Positions 59,300-64,000 of a stretch of DNA of 64,000 nucleotides are shown here, piece after piece. How positions within the stretch are numbered: position 1 is the stretch's first letter; each line of letters starts with the position of its first letter. This DNA is from Candidatus Moraniibacteriota bacterium (GTDB lineage: Bacteria > Patescibacteriota > Minisyncoccia > Moranbacterales > DUUL01). Both the position numbers and the translations under genes were made by a program. Under the pieces are notes generated by a model. The model saw nothing but the letters and a program-made list of their open reading frames with translations, had not been told where the DNA came from and made no database searches. The DNA lies in contig JALVDV010000003.1 in NCBI GenBank assembly GCA_027008775.1, positions 12,340-76,339 of the forward strand. Reading direction: 5' to 3'.

Positions 59300-59800
59300 T
59301 TAATCTCTGAGTAAAAATTTACGATTTTCGCTTAAATTGGTAAAATCATCGGCCACCTCCAACAAAAGACGAGAGGAACTTTCCTTAAAAGCCATAACCT
59401 CCACTCTGGTTCCCCTGTTATATTGCAAATAACGCACCAACGGAACGTAGTCTCCATCACCGCTAACCAAAACAATTACATCCAGATTACTGGCCAACTT
59501 GACGGCATCAATAGTAATACCCACGTCCCAATCACCCTTTTTCATTCCTCCGCGAAAAACTTGCAAATCTTTAGTCTTCACTTCATAGCCGGCTTTAACC
59601 AAGGACTCAAAAAATTTCTCTTCCAAGCCCTCCTCCGTTCTGATACCATAGGCAATTGCCCTGATCAATTTCCGGTTGCCAACAGCTTGCTTCAAAATTT
59701 CTTTAAAATTGGTCTTTCTTTTGTAAAGAACCTTGGAACTATAATACATATTTTGGATGTCAACCAAAACACCTACCCGTTGCTCCGGAAATTTAGCCAT
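59300..59800 (-). CDS. NYN domain (LabA/DUF88) protein
   Basis: VDIQN, KGDWDV, VSGDGDY. Confidence 0.9.
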   Translation of the reverse strand: MAKFPEQRVGVLVDIQNMYYSSKVLYKRKTNFKEILKQAVGNRKLIRAIAYGIRTEEGLEEKFFESLVKAGYEVKTKDLQVFRGGMKKGDWDVGITIDAVKLASNLDVIVLVSGDGDYVPLVRYLQYNRGTRVEVMAFKESSSRLLLEVADDFTNLSENRKFLLRD

Positions 59801-59810
59801 AAATCAAATT

Positions 59811-60080
59811 TTATTTTTTAAGCCCGGTTTCCTTCAAAACCTTTTTGTAAAGTTTTTCGTTCGTATTTTTCAGATAAGCCAACAATTTTCTTCGCTTGGA
59901 AATCATTCCCAACAAACCTTTGCGGGAATGTTTGTCCTTGGCGTTTTTTTTCAAATGCTTAACCAACTCGTTTATTCGTCTGGTTAAAATAGCTATTTGC
60001 ACCTCAGCCGAACCGGTATCGTTCTGGTGTCGCTGAAGTTTCTTCATTGTATTCTTTTTCTGTCTAGCTGTTAGAGCCAT
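59811..60080 (-). CDS. rpsO: 30S ribosomal protein S15
   Basis: DTGSAEVQIA, KDKHSRKGL. Confidence 0.96.
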   Translation of the reverse strand: MALTARQKKNTMKKLQRHQNDTGSAEVQIAILTRRINELVKHLKKNAKDKHSRKGLLGMISKRRKLLAYLKNTNEKLYKKVLKETGLKK

Positions 60081-60275
60081 AAACTTACTCACCGCTTTGC
60101 CGTAAAAATTACGAACAAACCAGCTTCATTAACTTCTTATAATTTCACTTCACCGATACTAACACAAAAACTTCAACAATGCAACCTTCATTGACGCCAA
60201 CGCAAAGCTCGGTTACCATAACAACAAACATTTCTCTCAAAATCAAAGAATTAAACAACTCACCTCCGTCAATCA

Positions 60276-61307
60276 ATGACTCAAAAGACTTTCGCAAAAA
60301 TAATTTACAATCAATCGCAACCGCAAAGATTGGATAAATTTCTGTCGGAAAAATTTCCCGAGTTTTCCCGTCGCTTTTTTCAGAAGAACATCAAGAATAA
60401 ATTGATCCTCGTTAATCAAAAACCACGGACACCCAAATTCCAACTAAAATTCCGGGATGTTATTGAAATCAAATTAAAACTGCAAAAACCGTCTCAACCA
60501 ACTTCACTGCCGGCCAACCCGGCAGTGAAAATAAAAGTGGTGACCAAATACCCCGACTTTTTTATCATTTACAAACCGGCCGGTTTATCCGTTCACCCCA
60601 GTCTTTTTGATGTGGAAAATAATTCCCTTCCGCCCACTCTGGCTGGTGGTCTGTTAAATTTTTCACCAGATTTAAAAAATGTTGGCGAAGACTTCACCAG
60701 GCCGGCCATCGTTCACCGTCTAGACAAAGACACCTCCGGCCTGATGATTATTCCCCGCCACCAAGAAGCTTTTCGTAAATTTAAAAAAATGTTCCAGCAA
60801 CACAAAATTGAGAAGACCTATTGGGCCCTTTCCTATAATTTACATAAAAAGAAAGGCCTACCAGCGAACTCGGACAAAAAAAATCCTTTCCGCCGAATTA
60901 AAAACTACATCGGTAAATCCAAGCGAGACCATACCAAACAAGCCACTTCTCATAACCCGGAAAAACTGATAAACCCTAAAGAGGCTGAGACTTTTTACCG
61001 CCAACTCCGACAAAGTCAATTACCTTGTCCTCACCGCTTCAACGGTCGCAAAAAACAAAGCATCACTATCAGTTTACTGGAGGCTCGCCCAACCACCGGA
61101 CGCAAACACCAAATCCGCGTCCACCTAAGCTCAGTAGGGTTACCCTTGGTCGGCGACCAAAAATACGGCCGTCGTTTTCTAAAAAACTGCAACCGCAACT
61201 ATCCCGGCCACTTCTTACAAGCGCAAAGCCTAAAGTTTAACTATCAAGGAAAAAACTACTCCTTTCAAGCTCCCGAACCGGAATGGCTAAAACTGGTTAA
61301 GAGGTAA
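60276..61307 (+). CDS. RluA/RluD family pseudouridine synthase
   Basis: S4-like RLDKFL, KPAGL.VHP, HRLDKDTSG, TGRKHQIRVH. Confidence 0.93.
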   Translation: MTQKTFAKIIYNQSQPQRLDKFLSEKFPEFSRRFFQKNIKNKLILVNQKPRTPKFQLKFRDVIEIKLKLQKPSQPTSLPANPAVKIKVVTKYPDFFIIYKPAGLSVHPSLFDVENNSLPPTLAGGLLNFSPDLKNVGEDFTRPAIVHRLDKDTSGLMIIPRHQEAFRKFKKMFQQHKIEKTYWALSYNLHKKKGLPANSDKKNPFRRIKNYIGKSKRDHTKQATSHNPEKLINPKEAETFYRQLRQSQLPCPHRFNGRKKQSITISLLEARPTTGRKHQIRVHLSSVGLPLVGDQKYGRRFLKNCNRNYPGHFLQAQSLKFNYQGKNYSFQAPEPEWLKLVKR

Positions 61308-61325
61308 CCTGAAAATTTCACTCGG

Positions 61326-61820
61326 CTAGTTCTCTTTTTTTCGCAACAAAGCGATTGCCAACAAAGGCAACACTCCCCAAATCAACTTGGCTACCTTGGT
61401 GGTAAACAATTTTAAAGTAAAAGGAGAAAGCAACTTAACAACCTCTTTGGTTGGCAACCAGTCCAAAATAACTGTTGTCATTAAACCAACAACCGTCAAA
61501 GCGATTATTATTCTTTTCAACCAACGCAAGAGATTTCCCCTACCCAACTTTACCGATACCAACGGAGCCAATAGGGCATAATGGATTAAAAACGCCAAGA
61601 ATAAAAAGACTGTTATCTTACCAATATAAGTTGCAGTGAGTTCAAAATAACTCAAACGCGTTAAAAAATAGGCCACGTAAACAGAGAAAGCAAAAGCAAC
61701 CACTTTGTTTTTTTTGACCAGAAATATTAAAACCAAACTGCAAACCAGCATCATTAGAAATAAATTCAAATCCCCGGCTTGCGTCTTAGACAATCCGAGA
61801 CCAACAAAAAAGTCAATCAT
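61326..61820 (-). CDS. hypothetical membrane protein
   Basis: Five hydrophobic helices. Confidence 0.7.
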   Translation of the reverse strand: MIDFFVGLGLSKTQAGDLNLFLMMLVCSLVLIFLVKKNKVVAFAFSVYVAYFLTRLSYFELTATYIGKITVFLFLAFLIHYALLAPLVSVKLGRGNLLRWLKRIIIALTVVGLMTTVILDWLPTKEVVKLLSPFTLKLFTTKVAKLIWGVLPLLAIALLRKKEN

Positions 61821-61961
61821 CTTTTTTTATTTTATTTTTTATAAAATGAAATAATTTTAACCACGAAAATTTATCCTCTTCAATTATACATTTTTTTAGA
61901 CAAAACAAAAGCCGGAAAATCCGACTTTTGTTTATCTAAAATATTTTTCCTTGATTTGAGA

Positions 61962-62579
61962 TTACTCTTGTCCCAAGGAAGGCATATTTTGTTGTAAATT
62001 TTTCAGTTTTGACATTGAATCTTTCAAAGCTTGACATTGGTCAACAAACTCCACATTCTTGGGAACACTGAAATCAACTCCCGACAAAACCGGCGTACAC
62101 TTTATTTCTCCCTTTTCCACTTTAACATCCATTTCATCCACATCGTACTCTTTGGGACTAATTTGTTCATCGCCACCTGGCAACGAAGAAGCCAGGTCTT
62201 CCATACAATCTTGTTTCATTTTATTTCCCTTCTTAGCGCCTTCTTGCCAATAATACATCACTCCATCTTTCACCAAAACATTCATTGTCCCATCACCAAT
62301 CTTGTGTTGGGTTTTAATATCTTTACTCTTAATATAAATTACCGATGCATCTTCACCCATTTTACTTTCACACTTCATCACCTTCCCACTGCTAAGAGCC
62401 TTTTTTAAATTTTTCACCACTCCTTCCCCTTTCTCTACCGCCTGATTATTCTTAATGGAACTCATCAAGTCTCCGCTCGCTTTCTCTTGTTCTGCCTGTT
62501 TACCACAACCAGCCAAAACAATTGCCATCATTACCACCAGAGCCATCAACCCAATTTTCGGTATAGTTTTTCCTCTCAT
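61962..62579 (-). CDS. predicted lipoprotein
   Basis: Lipobox LAGC after a hydrophobic signal; divergent from lgt. Confidence 0.8.
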   Translation of the reverse strand: MRGKTIPKIGLMALVVMMAIVLAGCGKQAEQEKASGDLMSSIKNNQAVEKGEGVVKNLKKALSSGKVMKCESKMGEDASVIYIKSKDIKTQHKIGDGTMNVLVKDGVMYYWQEGAKKGNKMKQDCMEDLASSLPGGDEQISPKEYDVDEMDVKVEKGEIKCTPVLSGVDFSVPKNVEFVDQCQALKDSMSKLKNLQQNMPSLGQE

Positions 62580-62640
62580 TTGTTTGTTTTTAATGATTAT
62601 TTTATACTTGAAATATAACATAATTTTTCAATTAAACCAA

Positions 62641-63486
62641 ATGCTCCCTTTTTGGGCAGACTTGCCTCTTCATCTCAATCCGGTCATTTTCCAAATCGGC
62701 GGCCTTTCTCTCCGTTGGTATTCTCTCTCCTATCTTTTGGCTTTATTGACAATTTATCTGCTCTTAAAAAATCGCCTGTCAAACAATAGAAACATTCCTG
62801 CGAATCTCAACCTTGGCAATTTGGAAATTATTTTATTCTCCGCTTTTCTGGGCGCCATCATCGGCGGTAAAATCGGCTACCTCATTTTTTACGATTTTTC
62901 CAACTTGGTCCATCACCCTCTTTCAACGCTTTCTCCCTTTGATTCCCAAAACAAATTCATCGGCTTTTACGGACTCTCTTTTCACGGCGGATTAGTGGGA
63001 GCTCTCCTGTCTTCCTGGTGGACCAGCCGGAAATACAAAATAGATTTCTACTCTTTACTAAATTTTGCCACGCCGGCTTTTCCTCTCGGCTATTTCTGGG
63101 GACGCTTGGGCAATTTTTTTAACCGTGAACTTTACGGACGCCTCACCGACAGTCCCCTGGGAATGTACTTCAGCCCCACCGAGAAAAGAGCGGGTCTCCT
63201 CCGCCATCCTTCCCAATTGTACGAAGCTTTGGGAGAAGGTCTGGTATTGTTTTTAATTCTCCAATACTGCCAACGCTTCCCCACTTGCCAAAATAAACTT
63301 TTCCCCTTATTTTTAATTCTCTACGGAATAATTCGTTTTCTGATTGAGTTTTTTCGTCAGCCGGATCCTCAACTTGGTTTCATTGCTCTCGGTTGGCTGA
63401 CTATGGGACAATTACTTTGTCTGTTGATGATTTTTATCGGTATAACCGTTTTACTATTCTACAGAAAAACCGCTTCTAAAATTTAA
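62641..63486 (+). CDS. lgt: prolipoprotein diacylglyceryl transferase
   Basis: LRWY, GLSFHGG, GRLGNFFN.ELYGR, HPSQLYE, EFFRQPD. Confidence 0.95.
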   Translation: MLPFWADLPLHLNPVIFQIGGLSLRWYSLSYLLALLTIYLLLKNRLSNNRNIPANLNLGNLEIILFSAFLGAIIGGKIGYLIFYDFSNLVHHPLSTLSPFDSQNKFIGFYGLSFHGGLVGALLSSWWTSRKYKIDFYSLLNFATPAFPLGYFWGRLGNFFNRELYGRLTDSPLGMYFSPTEKRAGLLRHPSQLYEALGEGLVLFLILQYCQRFPTCQNKLFPLFLILYGIIRFLIEFFRQPDPQLGFIALGWLTMGQLLCLLMIFIGITVLLFYRKTASKI

Positions 63487-63584
63487 TCATTATTGACTCT
63501 CATTTCGGTTTCCCAATCTCCTCTCAATCACTTAATTCGCAAATCTGCGACTCCTTAACTTCTTAAATAATCATTTCAACCATT

Positions 63585-64000
63585 ATGCTAATTCTTTCTC
63601 TGGAAACATCTTGCGACGAAACAGCGGTGGCCATCGTTCAAGCGCAAAAAAACAAATCTAAAACCCTTGCCAATGTGGTAAGCTCCCAAGTAAAATTGCA
63701 CGCTGAATGGGGTGGTGTAGTTCCTAACCTGGCCGCCCGCGAACACCTGAAAAATATAACTCCCGTCCTCAATGAAGCTTTAGAAATAGCCAAGCTTAAA
63801 CTCTCCGACATTGATTTATTCGCCGTCACCAACGGACCCGGACTGATTCCCGCTCTTCTTCTCGGTGTCAACAGCGCCAAAGCTCTATCTTACTTTCAAC
63901 AAAAACCTTTGGTGGGTGTTCACCATATCGCCGGTCATATCTTATCCGCTTTCTTTGACGAGCAACTAAACTTTCAAATTTCCCCGGAACAATTTCCCCT
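63585..64000 (+). CDS. tsaD: tRNA t6A synthase TsaD (runs off the window end)
   Basis: MLILSLETSCDETA, GGVVPNLAAREH, GPGL, VHHIAGH. Confidence 0.93.
   Translation, partial: MLILSLETSCDETAVAIVQAQKNKSKTLANVVSSQVKLHAEWGGVVPNLAAREHLKNITPVLNEALEIAKLKLSDIDLFAVTNGPGLIPALLLGVNSAKALSYFQQKPLVGVHHIAGHILSAFFDEQLNFQISPEQFP

Noticed and set aside
58920-59314. ORFs 58920-59216 and 59081-59314 (likewise 13033-13624)
   Set aside because: Antisense or overlapping translations of tRNA genes.
187-63880. Numerous 60-175 aa ORFs antisense or frame-shifted within housekeeping genes
   Set aside because: Shadow ORFs with no motifs, overlapping well-supported genes; 63638-63880 is antisense to tsaD.

Overview
A 64-kb stretch of an AT-rich bacterial chromosome, with C>G on the + strand throughout. 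The gene set and order (MBL-fold/gyrA, lepB-hisS-hinT-rpsU-yqeY, rpsO-NYN, long ThyX, mostly SD-less starts) suggest Patescibacteria/CPR, probably Parcubacteria; this placement is inference. It is mostly housekeeping: dnaX, pth, ftsK, rplS, gyrA, greA, polA, intein-containing dnaE, thrS, miaB, hisS, murJ, ddl, a dTTP cluster, ruvB, pcrA, rpsO, lgt, a partial tsaD and 7 tRNAs. The unexplained signal is mainly non-coding. (1) A 28-bp 11-6-11 palindrome family occurs in 7 copies: two flank a TrpR/YerC-like gene, four form an array and one is solitary. (2) An apparent Thr T-box is separated from thrS by a NYN-RNase gene that has its own convergent, promoter-driven ~60-nt RNA. (3) A promoter-driven long-hairpin sRNA displays an anti-Shine-Dalgarno loop. 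(4) A 6S-like rod RNA lies behind a consensus promoter. (5) rpsU and several orphan accessory genes have strong SD sequences, and the accessory genes have boxA-like leaders, in an otherwise SD-poor region. Also present: an unannotated Zn-ribbon peptide, a DsrC/TusE-like gene, a FabZ-like gene, a decayed DUF6922/AbiEii-like module and a frameshifted RelA/SpoT-like NTase. All family assignments come from motif recognition by eye; no searches were run.
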